Origin: Proteromonas lacertae
Lineage: Eukaryota
Assembly (NCBI GenBank): GCA_002245135.1
Contig: NGBS01001190.1
Span: forward strand, 1-64,000
Direction of reading: 5' to 3'
DNA: 64,000 nt
In this document: positions 31,801-43,400 of the stretch, piece by piece
How positions within the stretch are numbered: the first letter of the stretch is position 1
Layout of the letters: every line of letters begins with the position of its first letter
The notes under the pieces: model-generated
Seen by the model: the letters and a program-made list of their open reading frames with translations, nothing else
Databases searched by the model: none
What the model was told of the DNA's origin: nothing
Made by a program: the position numbers and the translations under genes

Positions 31801-32602
31801 CTAAAATTACAACATAATTTGTTGGTTAGTTGACTAATTGTTGAATCTAAAGATATGAATGGTTTAATGTCCATTTTTAAACAGATTTTATAATAGGCTT
31901 TTTCTATGATGGAAATCCATGGATGATTTTCACAGTTCGTATAGTAAAATGGATGGTGGAATGAAGTAGGATAGTTTGAATCGGTTATTACATATTTCAC
32001 TTCATTATTCTATTTATAATATATGGAAATAGATATACAATGTAGAATTTACATATAAATAATCCACTTTCTAGGTATTTGTTTAACATACAGAATAAGG
32101 TGGTTAGATTGTAAGGTTCAAATGAGATTATTTGTAAAGCATTAAGTAAAACTTGATTTGTCAAGGGTCCTGGGGTATAATCAGAACAGAAACATGTTGC
32201 ATAATAGTCTGAAGAGTTTAAATCTGATAAATATTCCATTGAAGTCTATAAAATATAGAATATAGTAAAAATACTGTAACACCTTGAACAATTTGTATAT
32301 CAGCAGGTGTATAATCAGTAACAACTACATTCTGAGTGGTCTGTGTACATAAAAATAAAAACAAAATCAGTTATACTCTTTGAAGATTCAATTTCTTCCA
32401 ATATTCACATTGTTTATCAACAGTTAAATCAGGATCAACAAAAATACCATCCACCATATTTTTCTTAAGTAGAATATCAACCTATAATAAAAAAAGGATA
32501 TAATACCTGTTTTTTCACAGCTGACTCTTGAGACTTTATATCATTTCTTTGAGTGCCAGATGCACTGTCTGGAAGTGGGAAACTAAGTACCGTTGAGTTC
32601 AT
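26584..32602 (-). CDS. Calpain-like (CysPc + C2L, catalytic Cys lost) fused to a kinesin-14-type motor; 14 introns
   Basis: Calpain motifs FVDPD, WISIIEKAYYK, GLIPNHIY, LYNPWG, FYMNPQY, GEYYIIPSTY. Kinesin motifs KGNILVYIRIKP, AYGQTGSGKT, SSRSH, LVDLAGSE, HIPYRNSKLT. All intervening junctions splice in frame. One +1 break at about 31790. Confidence 0.8.
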
Positions 32603-32697
32603 ATTTTTAAATACTCAAAATACACGATGTGCTCAATCCCCACATAAAAGCTTGATCTTTCATCAAGTTTTAAAATCCCTCCATTTTGATTTTTCTT

Positions 32698-33614
32698 ATG
32701 TTCCCTGCTCCAGATTCCACACAAGATACAGCAGATGCACCAGTATTTTTCGAACTTTCTAACGGAATATTTTATAGCTTAAACGAAAGATTGACGAAGT
32801 ATCGAACAACCAGGAGGCTGAAGAAGAAAAGATAAAAGTACCAGTATTGACTCCTTCACCTTTACCAATAGTTGAAAATAAAGTATAATCTCTTCATTTT
32901 ACTGTATTTTAGCCTATAATCTATTATTCTGCATCAGAAGAAATGACAGGAGAAAATGACACAAACTACCAAGTTAAATTCGAATTAATCACAAACGACA
33001 ATTCTAATACCAATTTAATCAAATTAGTTACGTTAAAGAATATATTTTCCAAACAGCTACCCAAAATGCCTCGAGAATATATATCTAGATTAGTTTTAGA
33101 TAGGAATCATCGTTCACTAGTTCTTTTAAAAGATGATGTTGTAATTGGTGGTATTTGCTATCGTTCTTTCATTGAGCAACACTTTGGAGAAATTGCATTT
33201 TGTGCTGTGGAGGGAAGTGAACAGGTGAAAGGCTATGGAACAAGGATGATGTGTCATTTAAAACAATCTGTGAAAGATAATGGAATAGAATACTTTTTGA
33301 CCTATGCAGATAATTTCGCTATCGGATACTTTAAAAAACAAGGATTTACAACCACTGTGTATTTAGACCCAAAGAGATGGAAGGGATATATTAAAGATTA
33401 TGATGGAGGAACTTTGATGTGTTGTAGATTGTGTAGAAAATTAGATTATTTGAATTTAAAAGATTTAGTAGTGAAACAGAGGGATTTTATTGCTGATAAG
33501 ATTAGAAGTATGGTTAATGATGTAGAGTATGAAGGAATAAATGGTAAAAAATATCCAGATTTGTTTTCTATACCGGGTGTGAGAGAAGCAGGATGGATTC
33601 CTGGAACTTTATAG
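32698..33614 (+). CDS. GCN5: GCN5/KAT2 histone acetyltransferase, HAT domain only
   Basis: LKNIFSKQLPKMPREYISRLV, GEIAFCAV, QVKGYG, TYADNFAIGYFKKQGF, GYIKDYDGGTLM, IPGVREAGW. Two 5' introns (32743-32777, 32883-32912). Confidence 0.93.
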
Positions 33615-33737
33615 ATAGAAAAGACAAGATTAAGTAAATTTATTTATGTTTTCTTTATGTTTATATTTTAATTTGATTTTAATATAAAATTTAATAGAAA
33701 AATAAGGAAAAAATATCTAAAAAATAACTAATTTTAC

Positions 33738-36700
33738 TTAATCTTGATTCTCATTTTCATTTTCATTTTCATTTTCATTGACTGATTTCTGCTTAGATGC
33801 TGGAGGAGTTAATAATAGTTCAGGATTCAATGATGGTTTTGGAGCTTCATCATGTTTCTTGTATAATCTTCTCGGAGGTGCTAAGTTTAACTTATTCTTT
33901 GTTAATCCTTTATTTGCATCTGTATTACCATCATCAGCAATAATAGGAACACTCCTTGGTTGAAGTGGTTCTAACTTTGGCTTTATATTTGGTGTTAAAG
34001 TTACATTATTCTGTTGTTCTTCTTGTTTTTCTTTATTTTCTTCTTGTTTTTGTTTTTCATCTTTTATTTCTTCATTATCTGAATCTTCATCATCTTCACT
34101 ATTATTTTCTTCATTCTCATTCTGTTGTTGTTGTTGTTGTGCATTATTATCATTTTGTAAATCTGTTGGATGTTGTTGTTTTTCATTTTCTTCATTAAAT
34201 AAAAACTGTTGACGGGAATGAGTAGGTGATTCACATTCCTCTTTTATGAATAAACTTTGGAATATATCTAAATTCTTTCTTATTAAATTTGCTGCTTCTT
34301 TTTCTTCATCTGTAATTGGTGGATAAGTTTCTTCACTAAGATCTTGTCTGTTGTTGATTATTTCAAAGGTTTCTTGAGATGATAATGAGTTTGGACATAA
34401 ATATATTTTCCACTATAAAACTATAATAACAATAATTAATACATCAAATTTCACTTTCATTAAATCTTCTAGAGTCAGTGTTGTATATTTCATTGATATT
34501 TCTCTTAATTTATCATCAGGTATTTCAAACTATACAAATATAAAATATAAAATATAAAACTATACATTTTCTTTCCTTGTTAAAATCACATTCAATATAC
34601 TTATTGCATTTTCATAAGTATTACTCTTATTAATCTCAAATATTGGCTTTGTGTCATCAATTCCATTATTGAAACAATATTTTAAATAATCTACAATATC
34701 ACTTGCAGGATTACTGTATAGAATCAATCTGCAAATCATTCTATTAATACTTTCATATGAATTCTTTTCAAAATATGGAATATCAACTGACAAGGATGAT
34801 CTTGTAAGATTAGTATCATTATTATTATTTAAGTTAACATGTAATAGATTCATATAATACAATACAATTGTTATTATCGTCAAAACATCCATTTTATATA
34901 AGTTCAATCTTGCTCTGGATGGTTTAATGATTGAATAATGTACTTCAAACTGTAATAATGATTGATAAATGATATTTCTTATTATATAATGGCTAAAAGC
35001 ATCTGTAGTAAAATTGCCAATGTATTTATTACAATTTTTTATAACATTATTCAACTGCAATTTCCAAAAATCAATACCAAATGATACTCTTTTATTATCA
35101 TAGAAATATTTGTGAAAATTCCAATTCTGCATAGTGATATCACAAAATACAGTATCTTGAAATAGAGTAATTTGATTCCTTATAATTTGATCAACATAAT
35201 CTTTAATATAAGAATCAACCTCTATTCCAAAAGTGTGTAATTCTTTATGAAAGGTGATGTACTTATTTTTACCAGTACTATTCATATCATAATAATAAGA
35301 ATCACATATTGATTTTATCAAGTCTGTCATTATATTTTCATCAACTAAATATATCAATGAAGATAAAGCAAATAAAGTATTTTCTAATCCTTCATGTGTT
35401 TTATCAATTAAAGTATCATAAAATGAATGAAATAACACTCTTATTCCACCAATTAACTCTTTTCCTAAATAATCAATTGTACCAAAAAGACTTGTTCTTA
35501 CACTTATAGTTAATTGCTTTATTATTCCTAATAATTCGTAGATGATTGGTAATATATAATATTTCTTATTACTATTCATTGTTCCAACTATTTCCATTGA
35601 TTTACTCCAATATTCAACACTTTCAGTTTCATTAATAATTTGTAAAATTGTATTCCATTCACAAGATAACTCTTTTTTAACCAAAGTATTACAACTATTC
35701 AATGGAAATGCAAAAGCTCTAAATCTTAACTCACTTACATCTACTTTATACTCAGTTTTATTACATAATGAGATAATATGATTAAAATAATGTTCCATTA
35801 AGATCGCATAAGATGATATTTGATTCCATGAATCACTACAACCATACATATCACATCCTAAACATATTTCATCACCTAAAACAATCTTCATCTCCTTTAA
35901 ACAACAACAATCACGATATAACACTGTTGTACTGTTATTTTCATCATTATTATTAGGAACTAAAACAATTCCACATTGGTAATATCCTTTATCTATATCA
36001 TTAGGAAACATTATATTCATAAAAGGTTGTAAATCCTCTTTCTTTATTATTGTTCTTTTTATATAACATAATCTATTCACTGTTACTAAAGATGGATCTC
36101 CTTGGTATGTTAATGTAATACTACATGGTTTTACATGCACAATAGATGCCATTCGCCATATATAATCAGTTCTATTATCAAGTATAAACACAACAAAATT
36201 TGTATGGATTTGTTGGACATATTTTGATATTATATTGATTGGATTACTAAACAGTAAAAGATTTGGTTTTCTTACTACAAAATCATCGACTAATGTGGAG
36301 TAATTATCTAAATATAATTCTTGTAATAAACCAATAGGAGTTCCTAGACATTTGAAATTGAAATTATATTTATTCTCAGAATCAACAATCACTTCATAAT
36401 CCATTGATATAAATATTTCCATATATTTTAAACATATTGAAATATAATTAGGACTTTCTGAGTATTCTTTGATTATTGAATTTAAGTCATTTTCTCTTCT
36501 TGATTTGTATTCTTTCCATAAACTTTGTATTGGTAAAATATATGACATTTGTGTGAATAAATGCATTCTTTCTTCGTTTAAAGGTTCTTTAGAACTTGGT
36601 AACATTGCTAATTTGGTTGTTAATGTTGTTGATTGTATTTTGTATATGTTTTCTGCTTTATTTGCTAAAATATTTATTGATGATTGTAAAGTTTTGTTGT

Positions 36701-36980
36701 TATTATTCTTTAACTTTTTGGGTTTTATTGGACTACTTATTAATAAACGCAATGAGACAGAATCAACATCTTTATTATCATGTTTATTGAGTATTTGCTC
36801 TGCATCACTAATATTATGCTCAGAGAGCTCATTATCTAATATATCAAAAATTTCATCCAGTTCTTTTTCATATTCTGTAAAGTCAGCAAGTGGCACTTCA
36901 CGGTGAGGGCATAAAAAGTATTCTTCGAAATTAAGGTCTTTTGATGATACTGGACCTCTAAATTTAACAGGTGACTCCAT
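33738..36980 (-). CDS. KIAA0825/DUF4495-like helical protein with low-complexity acidic tail
   Basis: DITMQNWNFHKYFYDNKRVSFGIDFW and IKPSRARLNLYKMDVLTI resemble the KIAA0825 core as I recall it. Two 3' introns, stop at 33738-33740. Start approximate. Confidence 0.55.
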
Positions 36981-37072
36981 TCCAATATTCTGAACTGCTT
37001 TTAAGATATCTATTTTTAATCTAAACAAAAATATATTTTGAAAAAACGACAAGCCTAAAATTAACGTTTGAA

Positions 37073-40000
37073 ATGTCAGATCTTCATAATGATACAGATA
37101 CAGCCAAAGTATGATGTTTTATTGTGATACTGTAGAAATGGGAAGAAAATTACGAATTATTGTTGAAGAGAGAGAAGAAATTAAAGCCAGAAGAGTTCAA
37201 TTCAGAAGTACTGGTATTTTATATGTATATTCATATTTATAGAGTATGATTGAAATTGAATCAGAGAAGACAGAACAATATATCACTGGCATTTTGTATT
37301 AAACATATATTTAGTTGGAATAGATATTCTATATTAACCTTATCAAATGAAATCACTTCATATATAAAACTGATCACATATTCTGAGGAAACAGTGAATG
37401 TTAGTATGAAGTATTTGGGAATCTACCTTCAGGAAGTAGAAGAAATATCAAACTTAACTGCAACAAATGTATTAATATAAGATGTTTTTATATTATGTAA
37501 TAGATAATGATAATAGTGAATGATTCATATAAAATATCTCCAAATTCTGTTGTTGAGATTATAGAATATATCATGCAAACTGTATATGAACATTATAGCT
37601 AATAAATGATAGATATCATATAATCCACAATTAAATAGCCTACAACTGCTATGTACTAGTTTAATCTCCTTTTTGAAAGATAATATAAAGGAATTATCTA
37701 CTGAAATACATCAATACACTTTTTATGTATTTTATATTATCTTAATCATTTTTTAATGTAATATTTAATAGTGGGTATTGAAATTGATGCAGTATCATTA
37801 TGATAACACTGATCTACTGTTAAAAGAAAAAGATGTTCTGCTGTATATATGGAATAACTATAGAAATGAGTGTTTAGATATTGGAGATGATGTTATTCGA
37901 TTAGCATCAATGGTTGATAAGATTGATATTGTTAAAACAATTTTTAAAAATCTTTTTGAAGATAATTTTAAGTTATATCATATTTTAGCATCTAAACATA
38001 CAGATGAAGAGTTTTATGAGTTGCTATTTTCACATAAGCTACTTAAATATTTAGAGTTTTATTTTACTTTGAAAGATAATGCTAATGATAAGTATTATTT
38101 CAAATGGATTAGTGATAGGTGTTTATCAAAAAATAAAGAAGTAGTTATTGATATTGTATATATAGTTATAGTTGTAATTATGAATAGATAAGATATATTA
38201 ATTATGTTGATACTGAATTAGATAGAAGTAAAATAATCAAATATCTTTTACAGTTCACTGATGACACTTATATTTTTACTAATATCAAGTTATCATTTAG
38301 TTTCGATTGGATTTTCTGTTTGCCAAATGTTGATGAATCAATTTATATCTTATTACCATCTTTTAGTCTAATAGTATTTTCTTCTTCTTTTACTGAATAG
38401 ATGAATAATCTTCAAACTGATTCAGAACTTGTTAATACTTTGATAGAATTTATAATAATACTCTCCAGAAAGTATAAATATATAATAATTTACATATGAA
38501 TAGATTTTGTCCAGTTTTAATGCAGGAGTTGTGTAGAAATCTTCATTGTGCTTTTGTTCTGTTCAAAAGAGTATATCAAGATATGAGAAAGATATTAGAT
38601 TGTGTTAATCTATCTAAAAATATAGTCAATGTGATTAAAAATGATTATAAAGATGTATTTGAAGATACTACAATTGCTGTACCGGTAAATAACATTCCAT
38701 TACATCAGAATTATGAAGTGTCTTATCATAGTAATCCAAATACAAAAGATGAAAGTGCAAGTGCAGATGCATCTAAGCGTAAAGCAAATAAGGATAATAC
38801 CAACAACAACAACACTAATCAAACACAAATTAAGAGAATTAAATTAGATGAAAATGAAAATATACAACAAAAACCAACTATATTACAAAATCCTTACCAG
38901 TCAGTAACACCTACTTCACAAATCCAATCAATTCCAGTTGTTTCTCCTATTGTCAATGTTCAACAACCAATGCAAATATTACCACTAGCTCAACAACAGC
39001 AGCAACATCAGCAAACATCTGACGAAAAGATATCTAATATTCCACCACCTCAACAACCACCACCACCACCACAACAACCACAACAACCACAACAACAACT
39101 TCCTTATACAATTCCAACATTCATAGATCCATATAATCCACCTATGCAATGTATTACACCACAACCACCAATTCAAGTATTACCTCCTACTATTCCTCCT
39201 ACTATTTCTCCTCCACAAACTATTGTTGTTACTACTATCAGTCCTATAAATATATATCCAAATCCATCAAATGAAGTAATTAATGTCAATATTTCATTGT
39301 TTAACGATTATGTGAAAGATAATTTCAATACTGAATTATTTAGAAAATTAATAAATGAAGAATGCAAAGGTAAAAATATCAAATTAATTGTGTCAAAAAT
39401 GGTAGAAATATACACATTGCAATACCCATGTATGAATATGGTTCTATCAATAAAGAATGCATTTTTTGATAAAGATATAATTGTTAGTAAATTGAATCAG
39501 TTTATTAAGCAACTGTTTGAGTATTATCCATTTCTGGTGGTGTTTTTGATGATTGATTGTATAAGTTTCACATCTAATTTATTTTTACCTTTTTTTCAGA
39601 AGTTATTACATGCAATTAATAAAAGTGATAATGAATTATATTATGAAATGTTTTACTATTACAAGAAATTACTTGATAATAACGGAATTCCAATCTCACC
39701 ATTAGAATTAATAATATCAAATAGTTTAAAATCATTAGTACCTCATTACTCCTACAGTTTATTACATTCTAAAGAAATACTACATATTTTAGTTACTATA
39801 ATGCCTGAGAATACAAAATTAGAAGTTATGACAAGTTTGAGGAAAGAAGAATGGTTTTGCTTTAATCAAACATACATTCCAATATTCAATAGTTTAGATG
39901 ATTGGACAATTGTAGAACAGTATATAACATTAATATCAATATATATGAATAGGCATAGATTATGGGATATTGCTTTATCTCAAGCATCTTTTCATGAGTT

Positions 40001-40331
40001 TATTCCTCAGATTAAGATGAGTGGTTCATTAACATATATATTGAATGTTATAAGAGATTATAGTATTGCAGTTGAAGTATTTTTTTACATTTTTTATACT
40101 ATAACTTAGTTATTAACTGCTCTTCCTGAAGGATATGATGATTTTATCTTTTCTTATTTTAGGTATTATAATAGACTTGATCCTGTTGGTTTTCAATTCG
40201 CATTAAAGAATGTTATTCTTAAAAAGCCAGAAATAGTCGTTATTTTATCAATATGGAAGGACAAATACCCAGATATTGCATTATGCGACTTTTTGAAGGA
40301 AAAAATAGATGATTACATACAAAAAAACTGA
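37073..40331 (+). CDS. INTS3: Integrator complex subunit 3-like, with Pro/Gln-rich insertion
   Basis: ECLDIGDDVIRL, KYYFKWISDRCL, IRYI, NIKLSFSFDWIF parallel INTS3 IGRDLVRLL, KRYQDWF, DLIRYI, NAKLALFYDWLF. About 10 GT-AG introns. 3' end approximate. Confidence 0.7.
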
Positions 40332-40405
40332 GAATTAATTCACATGATCAAAAATTTACAGGATAGATGATTTTTTTATTATTTATGTTGTTATTATGTT
40401 GTATA

Positions 40406-43400
40406 TTATGTGTTATTATTCAGTTTTGCAAAAGGATCTGGCATTTTTGGAAATTGCATAGACTTTCTTTTAGGCAATCCAAGTTTCATCTTTTCACTAT
40501 AATGTGCTGCTAGATAAATTGAGCTTTTATCGATATTTGATCTAAATAAAAATAATTGACTAATTTATACTGTTTAGTATCATTTAATTTCATTAAATTA
40601 CCAAGATATGCAAGATCTTCACATTTTATCACTGGTTTGACTTTTGGTTTGATGGAATCGAATTTCAACTGATTAGCATATTCAGACAAATCAACTCTTT
40701 TATTTGTTTGATTTGTTGGAGAAGATTCACGATATGATGTTGGAGCAGACTTAAAAGCAGGAGGTGGAGGTGGAGGTGGAGGAGATGGTTGTTGTGGAAA
40801 TGGTGTTTGTATTTCATTATTAATTGGAATAAGTCTTGGAGATTGATATTTTGGTAATTGAACTGAAGGTGGCTGAGGAGGTAATGGTGGTGGTGGAGGA
40901 GATGAAATATATTCTTTCTTTTCTTCTGGTTGTATACTTTGTATAGGTGTTTTATTAATGACTGGAAATATAGTTGAGTATAGTTCTTTTCCTTCTTTTA
41001 CATTGTTTTCTCTTGATGTAGTTGGAATTCTGTAAGAATTGTCTGGAGTAGGAATAGATGAATAAAGTGGATTATCTACAGGAATTGATGGAGTTTTATC
41101 ATCATTTATATTTCCAGGAATGAAAGAATGTGAAGAATTTTGTCTGTATGAAGAATATGGAGTTGGTTGAGCTGAAGAAACTAATAATTTGGGAGAATTT
41201 TTGTTCGATGGGAATTGTATAGCCTTATCTTCAACTCTATTTGATATTTGATTATCATATCTCTCAGATGTTATTGGAGTTGGAAAATGTGAATAGAGAG
41301 GATTATTTATATTATAAGGAGGACTTTGGTAATTGCTTTTATGTGACGATTTTGGTTTATATGACAATGATGGAGTTGGTATTTCAGAATACTCTTTGTT
41401 TGACAATGTAGAAGCAGAAGGATATGAACCAGATACGTGATATTGAGGAAGTGGTTCGTCTAAAGAATCAGGAAAATTCTGGATAGGTGGAACAATTGGT
41501 GGTTTTGATGGATTTTTTCTATCACTAAATCTAACTGTATTGGATTTATAATCATTGTTTGGTGTTGGAACAGATGAATAAATATGACTGCTATTTACAC
41601 TTCTTGTGGTTGATTTTTCAAATGGTGATGGAACATTATCAAATAATGGATTATCAGTTTGTTGATTTAGGTTTGTAATGTTGTTTTTCATAGTTTCAGA
41701 AGTTTTTGTTCGATTTGTAGGTGGTTGATCTACTAGATTTACTGTATTATCTGTGAATGATGAATTTGGAGTAACATTCTGACTTAATAAAGGATTAATA
41801 GCTGATGAATCTACTTGAAGTTTAGGAGATTGGTAGATACTATTCTGAGGAGTTGATAAATTAGAATAAAGTGAATTAATCACATCATTCTGTGAGGTAT
41901 TTGTTCTATTTGATGTATAATTATTATTATAGGGAGATGGAATTGCCGAGTATATTGGATTAGTGATAGAATTTCTGTTTAACTCTGTAACACTGTCATA
42001 TGGAGTAGGTATAGTATCATATATCTGATTATAATCAGAAACAGTAGAATCTGGTTGAATATTATTTTCATTCTTAATAGAAGATCTTCTACCACTTTTT
42101 GATGATAATAAAAGATTAAGAATTGGATTTGATGTTTGTTTTAATTCAACTTCATTTGGACCATTGAATACTTTTGATGTTTGAGTTGCATGATTTGATT
42201 GGTTTATTTTCTCTTCTGGCCTTGAAGAGGTTTGAGTTCCTCCGGTTGTATAATATGTTTCGTTTTCTTTTGATGATTTTTCTTCATCTAAAGGTCTAGC
42301 TGATGTGTTTTCATCTCTAAATGATCTTTTGGGAAAATCTTCTAAAGGTCTAGCTGATAATCCTTCATCTCTATAAGATCTTTTGGGAAAATCTTCTAAA
42401 GGTCTAGCTGATAATTCTTCATCTCTATAAGATCTTTTGGGTAAATCTTCTAAAGGTCTAGCAGATAATCCTTCATCTCTATAAGATCTTTTAGGTAAAT
42501 CTTCTAAAGGTCTAGCTGATATGTTTTCATCTCTGTATGATTGTCTAACGGATATTTGTTCATCTCTTGTTGATTTCTTGGAAGAATCATCATTGAATCT
42601 TGATGAAGTTTGTTCATTTTCATCTCTCGTTGATTTCCTTATCAATCCACTGCTTAATAGATTTGCAGCACTAGATTTAATCACAGGTGGATTAGTATAA
42701 TTGTTGCTGGATCTAAGTAATGAATCATTTTGTTTATTTGACATTTCTCTTGATGATGCATCATATATTATATTATCTGAATCCTCAGGATCTATTATAT
42801 AGAAAATGTGTATAAATAAATAGATACCTTGAATAATACGAGGGAGTGATTTGGCTGGTGGATGTATTGGTGGCTTTGTAGCAGTGTATTGTATTGAATC
42901 ATCAAGTATTACACTTTTATCATTCTCTTTTTCATTTATTGGTTTATTAGGAGAATTGAATATTTCACTGTTTATTTGTGCATTCAAACTGTCTAAATAC
43001 TCACTTTGACTTGGTTGATTGTTGATTTTATTCAACTCTTGATCACTAACTGAATAATCAATGACTGAATCATCAAACTTCAAATCATAAATATAAATAC
43101 CTCCTTGAATAGATTAAGATATAACAAAATGATATTTTCATTGCAAAAAAAATAAAAAAAGATATATCTCCTTTAAGTATTGTAAACCTTTCCCTACATT
43201 TACTCCAGAAAATACTATTTATCTTATCCGAAAACATTAAATGACTTATTGGTAAATACGAATCAAGCTATTGAATAAACAAGAATTGAATATACTTCAT
43301 AAACATAGATATTACTAAGATTAATTACATCCTGATATAGATATAACGCCAAATAAATACAATTAAGAAATTTACGATATTAATACACACACTAAACAAA

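Noticed and set aside
32482..32506. Canonical ATATCCTTT U12 donor motif
   Set aside because: It lies inside a 25-nt GT-AG intron that already restores the frame, and no branch point follows.
42287..42540. CRISPR-like regular repeat
   Set aside because: Contiguous 54-bp in-frame coding units with no unique spacers, no cas genes, and a eukaryotic context.
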